In this document: in pieces, positions 1 through 9,347 of the stretch
Numbering within the stretch: the stretch's first letter is position 1
How the letters are laid out: each line of letters begins with the position of its first letter
Source of the DNA: Polaribacter sp.
GTDB lineage: Bacteria; Bacteroidota; Bacteroidia; Flavobacteriales; Flavobacteriaceae
NCBI RefSeq assembly: GCF_024639685.1
Contig: NZ_JAHEHX010000002.1
Location: 132,825 to 196,824, forward strand
Direction of reading: 5' to 3'
Length of the DNA: 64,000 nucleotides
Position numbers and translations under genes: made by a program
Notes under the pieces: generated by a model
The model's input: the letters and a program-made list of their open reading frames with translations, nothing else
Told to the model about the DNA's origin: nothing
The model's database searches: none

Positions 1-2465
1 TCTGTATCTGTAACCTCTTCACCTAGTAAATACTTACTAAAATGATCTGCTCTTAACCAGAAAGAATACTCTGTCATGCTTCCAAAACCATGTCTTTGGC
101 CTGGCATAATCATAAATTTAAAACGTTTATGCGCTTTAATTAATTCGTTTGCCATTCTTATCGTTCCTGCAGGATGCACGTTATTATCCATATCTCCATG
201 AATTAACATTAAGTGTCCTTTTAAATTTTTAGCTAAAGATTGATTGTCATCAATTTTATATTTATGCGAAACTTTACCTTTCTCATCAATTTCTTCTTTA
301 ACTCCATGATGTGTTTCAGACCACCAAGAGTTATACACGTTGTTATCATGATTTCCTGCAGAAGAAACTGCTGCTTTAAAGAAATCTGGATACACTAACA
401 TTGCTGCTGTAGACATAAAACCACCTCCTGAATGTCCGTAAATACCTACTTTTTCGATATCTATATAATCATGTCTATTAGCCAATTGTTGTGCTACATA
501 TTTTTTGTCAGCCAAACCATAATCACGTAAATTACCATAACCATAGTTATGATACCATTTAGATCTGTCTGGATGACCTCCTCTGTTACCTAATGTAATT
601 ACTACAAAACCTACTTGAGCCATTCTGTCTAAACGATCCATTCTATAAGAAAAAGACTTATTTACAGCTTCGGTTTGTGGCCCAGGATAAACATATTCTA
701 ATAACGGATATACTTTAGTAGTGTCCATGTCAAAAGGCTTGTATAGTACACCATAAATATCTGTAATTCCATCATCTGCTTTTACTTTAAACGGTTCAGG
801 AAACTTGTATCCAGAAGCAAATAATTGCGATAAATCCGCAGTTTCTAAATCCATTACTTTACGTCCATTAGCATCTCTGACTTCAGATTTTGGTACAGTG
901 TTTACTCTAGAGTAATTACTAACAAAGTATTGATTTGAATCTGACATGCTTGTATTTGCTGTAAAATCACCTGGATCTAAAGTTCTCATTCCAGAACCAT
1001 TTAAGTTGATTTTATACGTATGTAAATAATAAGGGTCTTGTTCTTTGTTTACACCATTTGCAGTAAAAAACAACTTTCTGCTTTTCTCATCTAACCCTGC
1101 AAAACCATCTACATGATAATCACCTTCTGTAATTTGGTTTTTTAAATTACCTTCTGCATCATATAAATAAAAATGTGCCCAACCATCTCTTTCTGCCCAA
1201 TGTAACATTTCTGTTTCATTGTTAAACAACACTAATGGTCTAGACTCAATATATGTATTAAATCGTTCTTCAATTAAGGTTTTGTATTCTCCTGTATTTA
1301 AATCTGCAACATTAATATCGTACTTTTTACGATCTCTCGAAATTACACTAAAATAAAGTTTGCCTTTTTTTGACAATAGTAAAGAAGGTGTAAAATCATC
1401 ATCTCTTTGCGATTGTTTTCTTGGCGCTCTAAATACATTTAAACTTTGCTGACGAGTAGAATCTAGAGGAACTGTAATATGCGTTTTACTTGGAATATCA
1501 AAAATCATTAATTGTGATTTGTAATATTCTTGTTCTCCTGGCATATGATATTTATAGGTTTCTAGAGTAGGCCTTTTGTTACCTGTAGAATTGATAACCC
1601 ATAAGTCTTTAATATGTCTTGAATCTGATTTTTCGAAAACAAACTTTTTAGAATCATGAGACCAAGTGCCCCAAACTCCTTTTTTTTTGTCTTTATTTTT
1701 TTCTACATCTTCATTGTCTTGACCTCTACCTCCCCAAGTATATCCATAATTCTCTTCACCATCAGTTGTCCATTGGTTTTCTACAACAGTAGTATCTTTT
1801 TCGTCTTTAATAAACTTTTTAAAGTTTACTTTATCCATCCAATAAATGTTATGATTTTTACCATATAGAACAATTGAACTATCTGGAGCAATATTTGCCC
1901 AACGTTGCCAAGGCTTTTTCTCTAGCTTTTTAGTATCTATAATAGTTAAGCCATTACTACCTAATCTGTATTCTAAATGGTACGTTTTCTTCTCCATTTT
2001 AGGCTTTTTCTTTCTAACTTTTTTAGAAGCAGTAGAATCTTTCTTTTCTTTTTTTTTATCTTCATCTACAACCTCTACCTCTTCTGTAGATGTAACCCTA
2101 ACACGAATTGCATTTTCTGCTTCGTTAAATTTAAAATTAAATCTTGGTAAATGTTTTGCATCATAAGGATCTTTAGTGATTTCTGTTAACCATTTTGCCA
2201 TTTTTACATTATCAAATAATGGTTTCTTGGTCTTTTTATCTACATCTACTATGTAGTGATTTGAACCTTCAGAAGTTTTATATGCATACCAAAAACGGTT
2301 TCCTTTTTTTAGCCAATGAGGGCTAACTGAAGTAGAATGCACCATTTTAGCAAGGTTTTTTGGCGAGTATTTAGCTGCCTGTCTGTAGTTAGGTTTTGGA
2401 GTTTCTTGAGCAGATACAACAGAAATAGCAAAAAGAAACACAAAAAATAAAGTAATTTTTTTCAT
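1..2465 (-). CDS. S9 family (DPP IV-like) serine peptidase, 3' end beyond window edge
   Basis: Translated by hand (absent from ORF track because it runs off the edge): signal peptide MKKITLFFVFLFAISVVSA, nucleophile motif VGIYGHSGGG (~425-450), LLIHGDMDNNVHP, C-terminal PGQRHGF His motif. Confidence 0.92.
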   Translation of the reverse strand, partial: MKKITLFFVFLFAISVVSAQETPKPNYRQAAKYSPKNLAKMVHSTSVSPHWLKKGNRFWYAYKTSEGSNHYIVDVDKKTKKPLFDNVKMAKWLTEITKDPYDAKHLPRFNFKFNEAENAIRVRVTSTEEVEVVDEDKKKEKKDSTASKKVRKKKPKMEKKTYHLEYRLGSNGLTIIDTKKLEKKPWQRWANIAPDSSIVLYGKNHNIYWMDKVNFKKFIKDEKDTTVVENQWTTDGEENYGYTWGGRGQDNEDVEKNKDKKKGVWGTWSHDSKKFVFEKSDSRHIKDLWVINSTGNKRPTLETYKYHMPGEQEYYKSQLMIFDIPSKTHITVPLDSTRQQSLNVFRAPRKQSQRDDDFTPSLLLSKKGKLYFSVISRDRKKYDINVADLNTGEYKTLIEERFNTYIESRPLVLFNNETEMLHWAERDGWAHFYLYDAEGNLKNQITEGDYHVDGFAGLDEKSRKLFFTANGVNKEQDPYYLHTYKINLNGSGMRTLDPGDFTANTSMSDSNQYFVSNYSRVNTVPKSEVRDANGRKVMDLETADLSQLFASGYKFPEPFKVKADDGITDIYGVLYKPFDMDTTKVYPLLEYVYPGPQTEAVNKSFSYRMDRLDRMAQVGFVVITLGNRGGHPDRSKWYHNYGYGNLRDYGLADKKYVAQQLANRHDYIDIEKVGIYGHSGGGFMSTAAMLVYPDFFKAAVSSAGNHDNNVYNSWWSETHHGVKEEIDEKGKVSHKYKIDDNQSLAKNLKGHLMLIHGDMDNNVHPAGTIRMANELIKAHKRFKFMIMPGQRHGFGSMTEYSFWLRADHFSKYLLGEEVTDT

Positions 2466-2567
2466 TTGAAGTGTAAGATTAGTTTGAATTATTTATAAAG
2501 TTGACCAAAACTATCTAGACTGCAAATTTTTTAAGAAATGTTTGTTAAAATTTTAACAGTTTACCCC

Positions 2568-3017
2568 TCAGTTTAGGTTCCTTTTCTCAATAAAGAAGCG
2601 CTTTAATAATAAAGAGCAATCATTTTCTAAAATACCTGAAGTAACTTTTGTTTTAGGATGTAATTGTGCTCCTAAATTTACAAAGCCTCTTTTAGGCTCT
2701 GAAGCTCCATAAACAATTCTAGCTATTTGAGACCAATAACTTGCGCCTGCACACATTTGGCAAGGCTCTAAAGTTACATACAAAATACAATCTTTTAAAT
2801 ATTTACCTCCTAAAAAGTTAGCAGCTGCTGTAAATGCTTGCATTTCTGCATGTGCAGTTACATCGTTTAATATTTCTGTTAAATTATGAGCTCTTGCAAT
2901 AATTTGATTGTTTAATACAATAACAGCACCTACAGGAATTTCACCTTTATCAAAAGCAATTTCTGCTTCCTGATAGGCTTTTTTCATAAAATAAGTGTCA
3001 TCAAAAGGCTGAATCAT
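2568..3017 (-). CDS. tadA: tRNA adenosine deaminase / nucleoside deaminase
   Basis: GEIPVGAVIV, HAEM, VTLEPCQMC zinc motifs. Confidence 0.9.
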   Translation of the reverse strand: MIQPFDDTYFMKKAYQEAEIAFDKGEIPVGAVIVLNNQIIARAHNLTEILNDVTAHAEMQAFTAAANFLGGKYLKDCILYVTLEPCQMCAGASYWSQIARIVYGASEPKRGFVNLGAQLHPKTKVTSGILENDCSLLLKRFFIEKRNLN

Positions 3018-3059
3018 GTTTTTGGATCTAAAAACTCAATATTACAAAATTTGATATTG

Positions 3060-3067
3060 TATTTTTG
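3060..3067 (+). promoter_or_regulatory. Bacteroidetes sigma70 -7 box (TATTTTTG) for dxs
   Basis: Matches TAnnTTTG 7 nt before ATG 3075. Confidence 0.5.
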
Positions 3068-3074
3068 TAAACTA

Positions 3075-4841
3075 ATGAAAAACTTATTAGCCAACATATC
3101 AAATCCTTCAGATTTAAGAAAACTGAATTTAAGCGAACTTCCAGAACTTGCGAAAGATCTGAGAGCATTTATTATTGATATTGTTGCTACTAAAGAAGGT
3201 CATTTAGGTGCAAGTTTAGGAGTTGTAGAGCTAACCATTGCATTACATTATCTATTTGACACACCTAATGACTTATTGGTTTGGGATGTAGGTCATCAAG
3301 CCTATGGGCATAAAATATTAACGGATAGAAAAAGTGTTTTTCATACCAATAGACAATTTAACGGAATTGCTGGCTTTCCTTCGAAACAAGAAAGTAATTT
3401 TGATACTTTTGGAGTAGGACATTCCTCTACTTCTATTTCTGCAGCTCTTGGTATGGCTATAGCCTCAAATTTAAAAGGGGAAACAGAGAAACATCATATT
3501 GCTGTTATTGGTGATGCTTCTATTGCAAGTGGAATGGCTTTTGAAGCTCTGAACCATGCAGGTGTTTCTAAGGCAAATATTCTAATTATTTTAAATGATA
3601 ATGCAATTGGCATAGACCCTTCTGTAGGTGCTTTAAAAGAGTACTTAACTCGAGTAAAATCAGATAAAAAACTAGCAGCTCAAAACAACATTATTAAAGC
3701 TTTAAATTTTAATTATTCAGGTCCTGTAGATGGTCATAATTTACCAAAATTATTGTCTGAATTAGAACGACTAAAAAAAGTTAAAGGCCCTAAGTTTTTA
3801 CATGTTATCACTACAAAAGGTAAGGGTTTACAGAAAGCTGAAGAAGACCAAATTACTTATCATGCCCCTGGAAAATTCGACAAGATTTCTGGAGAGCGAT
3901 TAGAGAAGGTAGACAGTTTGTTTACTAAATATCAGGATGTATTTGGTAAAACTATAGTAGAATTGGCCAAAGAAAATATCAAGATAGTAGCAATTACACC
4001 TGCAATGTTAACTGGTAGTTCTTTAAAATTGATGATGCAAGAAATACCTGACAGAACTTTTGATGTTGGTATTGCAGAGCAACATGCAGTTACACTTGCT
4101 GCAGGAATGGCTACACAGGGTTTAGTGCCTTTTTGTAATATTTATTCCACTTTTTTACAAAGAGCGTACGATCAAGTAATACATGATGTTGCCTTGCAGA
4201 ATTTACCTGTAATATTTTGTTTGGATAGAGCTGGTTTGGTTGGTGAAGATGGTGCAACACATCATGGAGTTTTTGACATTGCTTATTTAAGATGCATACC
4301 CAACCTCATAATTTTCGCTCCAAGAAACGAAATTGAATTACGTAACATATTATATACTGCTCAATTAGGCTTAGAACAACCAATTGCTATAAGATACCCA
4401 AGAGGTTACGGAAAAAATAAAGATTGGCAACAACCTTTTTCTAAGATTGAAATTGGTAAAGCTGTTACTTTAAAGCAAGGTGATGAAATTGCTATACTTT
4501 CTATTGGAACAATAAGTGATAATGTAACACAGGCTATATATTTAGCTCAAAATAAAAAGTCTTTAGCACATTTTGATATGCGATTTATAAAACCCCTTGA
4601 TAAGGAATTGTTAAATCATATTTTTAGTAATTTCTCTAAAATAGTTACTGTAGAAGATGGCACAATCACAGGAGGTTTTGGTTCATCAATAGTAGAATAT
4701 GCAGCTAAAAATAACTTTAAAAATAATATACAAATCGTTGGTATTCCTGACGATTTTATAACTCATGGAAGTATCTTAGAACTACAAAAAGAAGTTGGCT
4801 TAGATAGTAATTCTTTGGCCAAGCTTTTCTCTAAAACATAA
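3075..4841 (+). CDS. dxs: 1-deoxy-D-xylulose-5-phosphate synthase
   Basis: GHLGASLGVVEL, WDVGHQAY, GHSSTSISA, GIAEQHA, DRAGLVGEDGATHHG; ATG at 3075 preferred over TTG at 3051. Confidence 0.97.
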   Translation: MKNLLANISNPSDLRKLNLSELPELAKDLRAFIIDIVATKEGHLGASLGVVELTIALHYLFDTPNDLLVWDVGHQAYGHKILTDRKSVFHTNRQFNGIAGFPSKQESNFDTFGVGHSSTSISAALGMAIASNLKGETEKHHIAVIGDASIASGMAFEALNHAGVSKANILIILNDNAIGIDPSVGALKEYLTRVKSDKKLAAQNNIIKALNFNYSGPVDGHNLPKLLSELERLKKVKGPKFLHVITTKGKGLQKAEEDQITYHAPGKFDKISGERLEKVDSLFTKYQDVFGKTIVELAKENIKIVAITPAMLTGSSLKLMMQEIPDRTFDVGIAEQHAVTLAAGMATQGLVPFCNIYSTFLQRAYDQVIHDVALQNLPVIFCLDRAGLVGEDGATHHGVFDIAYLRCIPNLIIFAPRNEIELRNILYTAQLGLEQPIAIRYPRGYGKNKDWQQPFSKIEIGKAVTLKQGDEIAILSIGTISDNVTQAIYLAQNKKSLAHFDMRFIKPLDKELLNHIFSNFSKIVTVEDGTITGGFGSSIVEYAAKNNFKNNIQIVGIPDDFITHGSILELQKEVGLDSNSLAKLFSKT

Positions 4842-4872
4842 AAAAAGGCACTGTAAACGGTGCCTTTTTTTT
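4841..4872. terminator. Bidirectional intrinsic terminator
   Basis: AAAAAAGGCAC-tgtaaacg-GTGCCTTTTTTT between convergent dxs and T9SS gene. Confidence 0.85.
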
Positions 4873-4888
4873 GTTTTACTATTTTTAA

Positions 4889-7800
4889 TTATTTAATGAT
4901 AATTTTCTTTGAAGTTCGCACTCCATTTTCATCAAAAAGATATAAAAAATACATGCCTGCATTTAAAGAAATACTCATCTGTTGTTCTTTTTGAGAAATA
5001 AAATCTATTGTTGAATTGAAAGCCTCTCTTCCAGAAACATCATATATTTTAACTTTTGTTTTCGCAAAACTATCTCCAGCATAAATCGTAAAATTACCAT
5101 TTGAAACTGTTGGATAAACTGCAAATAGATCTTTATTATCTATAACGTCTTGCACAGAAGCTGTTGCAGCATTTATATTTTTTATAGCCCACCCGTATGA
5201 ATTAGCCCCAGCATCTGCAACTAATTTAAATCTAAAAACAACAGTCTGACCAGGAGTTAACCCTTTGTCTATTAAATTAATTGTTTGCGTTTTAAATAAA
5301 CCTTCATCATACATAGCAAATGAATCATTGTAGGTAGACAACCAATCTGAAAACCTTCTTGCATCGTATTTATCTAATACAACCCAATTTTCTAGATCCG
5401 AAGAAGCCTCAATAATTACATAGTCATAAAACGAATTTAGGTCAGACAAATTATCTGTATAAGGCTCAACTATAGCTACATCAGTATAGGTAAGTGTATT
5501 GTTACCATGTGAAATAAGCAGTGGTTTCTTTAAAATTGTAGTATATGTTGTGTTATTGGCATAAGGATGGTCAGCTATGTTTAATACATTACTATCAAAA
5601 TAAACTCCGTCGTCTATTTTAAATTCACCATCATAGGTGTACACGTCTAACTCAGAAAATTCGGCAATATTTACATTTGCAGCTGGTGTATCAAAATTTA
5701 TGATATTTACAGTTTCTTCTCTAATTCCAGAAGATAAACCTACAGAATCATCAAAAAGCTGCACTCCAATTTTGTGAGTTCCTTCAGTTAACCCTTCAGT
5801 TTCAAAAGTATACGTAACCCCTGTAGTGTAATCTTGTATCACTTCTCCTACCTCTACATCATCAACAAAAAACTTAGCTCTACTTACTTCTTCTACAGTT
5901 GCGTTATAAGACACAATTGATCGAGAACTTTCAATACCCTTTTGTCTTAAAGACACATCTGGCGCTACTAAATAAACAGGTAACGTATAATTTTGTAAAG
6001 CAGATATGGTTGCAGACCAAACTCCTCTTCCATAAGTTGCTATAACTACTTGATCGTTAACAATTCTCATATCATATGTAGCAACAGGTATAAAACCTTC
6101 TACCAGATTCCATGTTGTTCCACCGTCTAAAGTTTCTACAATACCAATATCTGTTCCTGCCCAAATAATATTTTCATCAAAAGGCATTTCTAAAACGCAG
6201 TGAACAGCTACATCTGGGAAACCTCTTCTTTCTCTTGAAGCAAAACCTGTAATATCTGTCCAGGTTTGTCCCAAATCATCAGTTTTTAAAATCTTTGCTA
6301 AACCTTGTGATGCAAAAGATACATACGCTCTATTTTCTTCTTTATAAGAAGGTGAAATTCCAGTAATAAAAACATTCTGATCTCCTTCAGGATTATCATA
6401 AGTTCCGGTTGCATTAAATGTTTGACCATTGTCTCTAGAAACATGCATAACATAAGAACCACTTTCTGTCATTGCTGCTCCTGCCCATACAATATTTGGG
6501 TTTGCATGTGAAGCTTCTACATTTAATGCACTTGTTGCGCTAGGCGTATAATTATTAAAAATTTCACTTAGTGACCAAGAACCTCCAAAATCTGTAGACC
6601 TCCAAACACCATTCGTAGAAATTGCAAACACAACATCTGGATTGTTGTCTACGTTAGATAGTTTAGAATAGAATGGCGACAAATTTCCATTTCCAGAATC
6701 TTCAAAATTAGTTAGAGCTCCGTTATTATCTATATACCTTCCAATATTTCCGTAATTTTGCGAAGCAACAATATAGTTACCTGGCTTATTATAATGCCAA
6801 ACTGCTTCAAAACCGTCTCCTCCTAATATTTTCTGGTACGACTTCGTTAAACTCGAATTACTTCCAGATGAAATCCAGGAACCATTGTCTTGAGCACCTG
6901 CAATGTAGTTATCTGATCCATTTTGTTTTGTTGCAGCATAAAACTGAGTACTATTTTTTCCTGCTGCAGTTCCAGACCAAGTCCCTGCGATTGCTCCAGG
7001 ATTTGATCCGTAAGCTGTACTATACACTCCACCATCATTAGCCAGAAGAATTCTAAACTCTTGGTTATTACCTAATATATAAGACAAACCATGTTGATCA
7101 ACATGAACACCAGAATTAATTTGATTATTATCGTAACCAGAAGCAATAGATTGAAAAGTAAAATTCGTACTAGTTATAGTAACCTTAAAGACAGCAACAC
7201 CTCCAACATAAAAAGTATTAGTATTATAAGGATGAGCCATTATTATATTATCATACCAACCTTGTCCTGTAAGTAAATTTGCATTTGGGCTAGAAGTTGT
7301 TAATTTTGTATAAGAAGCACCTTTATCTGTAGATTGATAAAAATCTGTGTTTGTATAGGTACCTCCACTTCCTGAATATACACTTAAGAATATGTAATTT
7401 GTATCTGCAGGAGAAACTGCCAATTCAAAACGGGAATGGTTTCCATTAAAATCTGCTCTATCAAAAGAAGTAGACCATGTTAATCCTCCATCTATACTTT
7501 TTACGATTCCAAAGTTTCCGACAGAACCATATTGAATATTAAAATCTGTTGGATCTGCATCAAGATCTTGAACAGTTCCAGAGGAAACGAAAGTTTGAGT
7601 CCAATTAGCACCACCGTCTATAGTTCTATAAATACCCGATCTTGTACCTACCAAAAGATTATTTTTATCATTTGGATTAATAATTATCCTTCCAATATCA
7701 CCAAAACTTATTGTATTGGTTAAACTTTCCCAAGTTGCACCACCATCTATTGTTTTATAAACACCAGAGCATCCAATAGCTCCTAAGTTTCCAAAAGGCT

Positions 7801-8341
7801 CACCAGTACCAACGTATAATGTGTTTTTATCTTGTGGACTAATTACAATAGTAGAAGTTGCTAAATTTGGTATTGTAGTATCTGTAAGGTTTACAAAAGT
7901 AGCTCCTGCATCTTCTGTTAACCAAACACCACCACCAACTGTTCCAAAAAACCAACGATTTGCATTGGTAGGATCTACTGCAATTCCTCTAGTTCTTCCT
8001 GGAACATTTGCAGGTCCTCTTTCTGTAAAAACAGTAGTTATTTCAGTATCTTTTTTAAGACTACGGTTTTGTGCTTTTAACTTTTTAAACTCTTCTATTA
8101 AATACCCTTTTTTATAGGTTGATTTTTCTGCATTAATAGGTTTTCTAATTTCATTTTGATAATCAGCCATAAACTCAATCCCTTTTTTATGTTTAATATC
8201 AGGATTTTTTTTATGTCTTTTTTCTTTAATGACTTGAATCTTTGCTTCTGCTGGTTTTTCTAAAATTTTTTGGTTTTCTAAATTACAAGAAACTGCTGCT
8301 ATTCCTAAAAGTGCAAGTAAAAGGTAATTAACTTTTTTCAT
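4889..8341 (-). CDS. Asp-box (BNR/VPS10-like) beta-propeller protein with lipoprotein-type signal and T9SS type A C-terminal domain, 1150 aa
   Basis: LLGIAAVS-C lipobox; repeated S/T-x-D-x-G-x-T/S-W Asp boxes; CTD VYPTVSNGNF...LNAGMYFLYL...KKIIIK. Confidence 0.85.
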   Translation of the reverse strand: MKKVNYLLLALLGIAAVSCNLENQKILEKPAEAKIQVIKEKRHKKNPDIKHKKGIEFMADYQNEIRKPINAEKSTYKKGYLIEEFKKLKAQNRSLKKDTEITTVFTERGPANVPGRTRGIAVDPTNANRWFFGTVGGGVWLTEDAGATFVNLTDTTIPNLATSTIVISPQDKNTLYVGTGEPFGNLGAIGCSGVYKTIDGGATWESLTNTISFGDIGRIIINPNDKNNLLVGTRSGIYRTIDGGANWTQTFVSSGTVQDLDADPTDFNIQYGSVGNFGIVKSIDGGLTWSTSFDRADFNGNHSRFELAVSPADTNYIFLSVYSGSGGTYTNTDFYQSTDKGASYTKLTTSSPNANLLTGQGWYDNIIMAHPYNTNTFYVGGVAVFKVTITSTNFTFQSIASGYDNNQINSGVHVDQHGLSYILGNNQEFRILLANDGGVYSTAYGSNPGAIAGTWSGTAAGKNSTQFYAATKQNGSDNYIAGAQDNGSWISSGSNSSLTKSYQKILGGDGFEAVWHYNKPGNYIVASQNYGNIGRYIDNNGALTNFEDSGNGNLSPFYSKLSNVDNNPDVVFAISTNGVWRSTDFGGSWSLSEIFNNYTPSATSALNVEASHANPNIVWAGAAMTESGSYVMHVSRDNGQTFNATGTYDNPEGDQNVFITGISPSYKEENRAYVSFASQGLAKILKTDDLGQTWTDITGFASRERRGFPDVAVHCVLEMPFDENIIWAGTDIGIVETLDGGTTWNLVEGFIPVATYDMRIVNDQVVIATYGRGVWSATISALQNYTLPVYLVAPDVSLRQKGIESSRSIVSYNATVEEVSRAKFFVDDVEVGEVIQDYTTGVTYTFETEGLTEGTHKIGVQLFDDSVGLSSGIREETVNIINFDTPAANVNIAEFSELDVYTYDGEFKIDDGVYFDSNVLNIADHPYANNTTYTTILKKPLLISHGNNTLTYTDVAIVEPYTDNLSDLNSFYDYVIIEASSDLENWVVLDKYDARRFSDWLSTYNDSFAMYDEGLFKTQTINLIDKGLTPGQTVVFRFKLVADAGANSYGWAIKNINAATASVQDVIDNKDLFAVYPTVSNGNFTIYAGDSFAKTKVKIYDVSGREAFNSTIDFISQKEQQMSISLNAGMYFLYLFDENGVRTSKKIIIK

Positions 8342-8749
8342 TTATTTGATTTCTATTATTATGCTATAGTTATTATTATTGTTGCTATTGTTGTTTGATA
8401 ATAATTCACTTTTGTTGTCTTTCTTAATCATTCCTATATGAGGATAGCCTTTTAATTCTGTATTAGTATACCAAACTAATTTTGTCCCTTCAAAGCTTCC
8501 ACATTTTATTACTTTCTCAGTATTTATGTCCAATACTGTATAGTCTATTATTTTTTTGATCATTAGATCATTTTTAAAGCTCGTTACAAGCATCATCGTT
8601 TTCGATAAGTTGTACGTTTTTTCTACGATACTATTAACACTTGTTTTTGCAGTGTAATTTATAGCATTTGAGGTTAATTGCTTGCATTTACAAGAGGTTA
8701 AAAAAAGTAAAAAAAAAAGAGCTGATACAGAAATCACTCTATTTTTCAT
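8342..8749 (-). CDS. Hypothetical small lipoprotein, 135 aa
   Basis: LLFLTS-C lipobox; stop abuts next start (TAAATG); Asn-rich C-terminus. Confidence 0.75.
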   Translation of the reverse strand: MKNRVISVSALFFLLFLTSCKCKQLTSNAINYTAKTSVNSIVEKTYNLSKTMMLVTSFKNDLMIKKIIDYTVLDINTEKVIKCGSFEGTKLVWYTNTELKGYPHIGMIKKDNKSELLSNNNSNNNNNYSIIIEIK

Positions 8750-8872
8750 TTTATTAAATTATTATTAATTAGTAAAAATAAAGCTAATTATTTAATATTA
8801 AAACAATTTAACTGTTAATTTTTTAAGATTTTAAAACATTAAACATAACAATAAAGTGAAGTTGTTATAAAC

Positions 8873-8904
8873 AAAAAATGGAGGCTAATTAGCCTCCATT
8901 TTTT
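8873..8904 (-). terminator. Intrinsic terminator (perfect 32-bp palindrome)
   Basis: AAAAAATGGAGGCTAA|TTAGCCTCCATTTTTT just after the 140-aa lipoprotein stop. Confidence 0.85.
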
Positions 8905-8920
8905 ATTTATATATTAATTT

Positions 8921-9343
8921 TTATCGAGGTATATCATCCATAGAAATTTTTCTAACAATTGCATATTTAGCATAATTAGTTTTATTCTTCTTCTTATATG
9001 AAAGAACAACTTCATTTGCCTTTAATTCAAATGGAAATTCTACATTCTCAATTAAAGTCAATTCTTTATTGATACTTCCAGAAATACTAAAAGTATCTTC
9101 ATTAACTTTAGAAGGTATAATTTGATTTCTAAAATAAATAGCCAATAGCTTAATCTTAGCAGTATCAAATTGATTGAAATTCAAATTTACTTGAATATAA
9201 GTATCCTCATCTGCAATTGCTGGTGAAATTTCTTTAAAAAAACCTTCATTTAATTGTAACTTGTTTTCTTTTACTAAGCTAAAATCTTGCGACTTACACC
9301 CCATCAAAAAAACAACCAGAAAGCAAGAAAATAAGATTTTCAT
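8921..9343 (-). CDS. Hypothetical small lipoprotein, 140 aa
   Basis: VVFLMG-C lipobox; 4 nt downstream of the T9SS gene. Confidence 0.75.
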   Translation of the reverse strand: MKILFSCFLVVFLMGCKSQDFSLVKENKLQLNEGFFKEISPAIADEDTYIQVNLNFNQFDTAKIKLLAIYFRNQIIPSKVNEDTFSISGSINKELTLIENVEFPFELKANEVVLSYKKKNKTNYAKYAIVRKISMDDIPR

Positions 9344-9347
9344 AGTT

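Noticed and set aside
1656-1868. 70-aa plus-strand ORF
   Set aside because: Antisense shadow of the S9 peptidase, which the ORF track omits because it runs off the window.
2543-2558. Perfect palindrome TGTTAAAATTTTAACA upstream of the S9 peptidase
   Set aside because: Could be an operator, but it is almost all A/T and occurs once; not distinguishable from chance.
6847-8117. Short ORFs 6847-7038, 7091-7276, 7532-7723, 7821-8117
   Set aside because: Lie within or antisense to the 1150-aa T9SS gene; no motifs.
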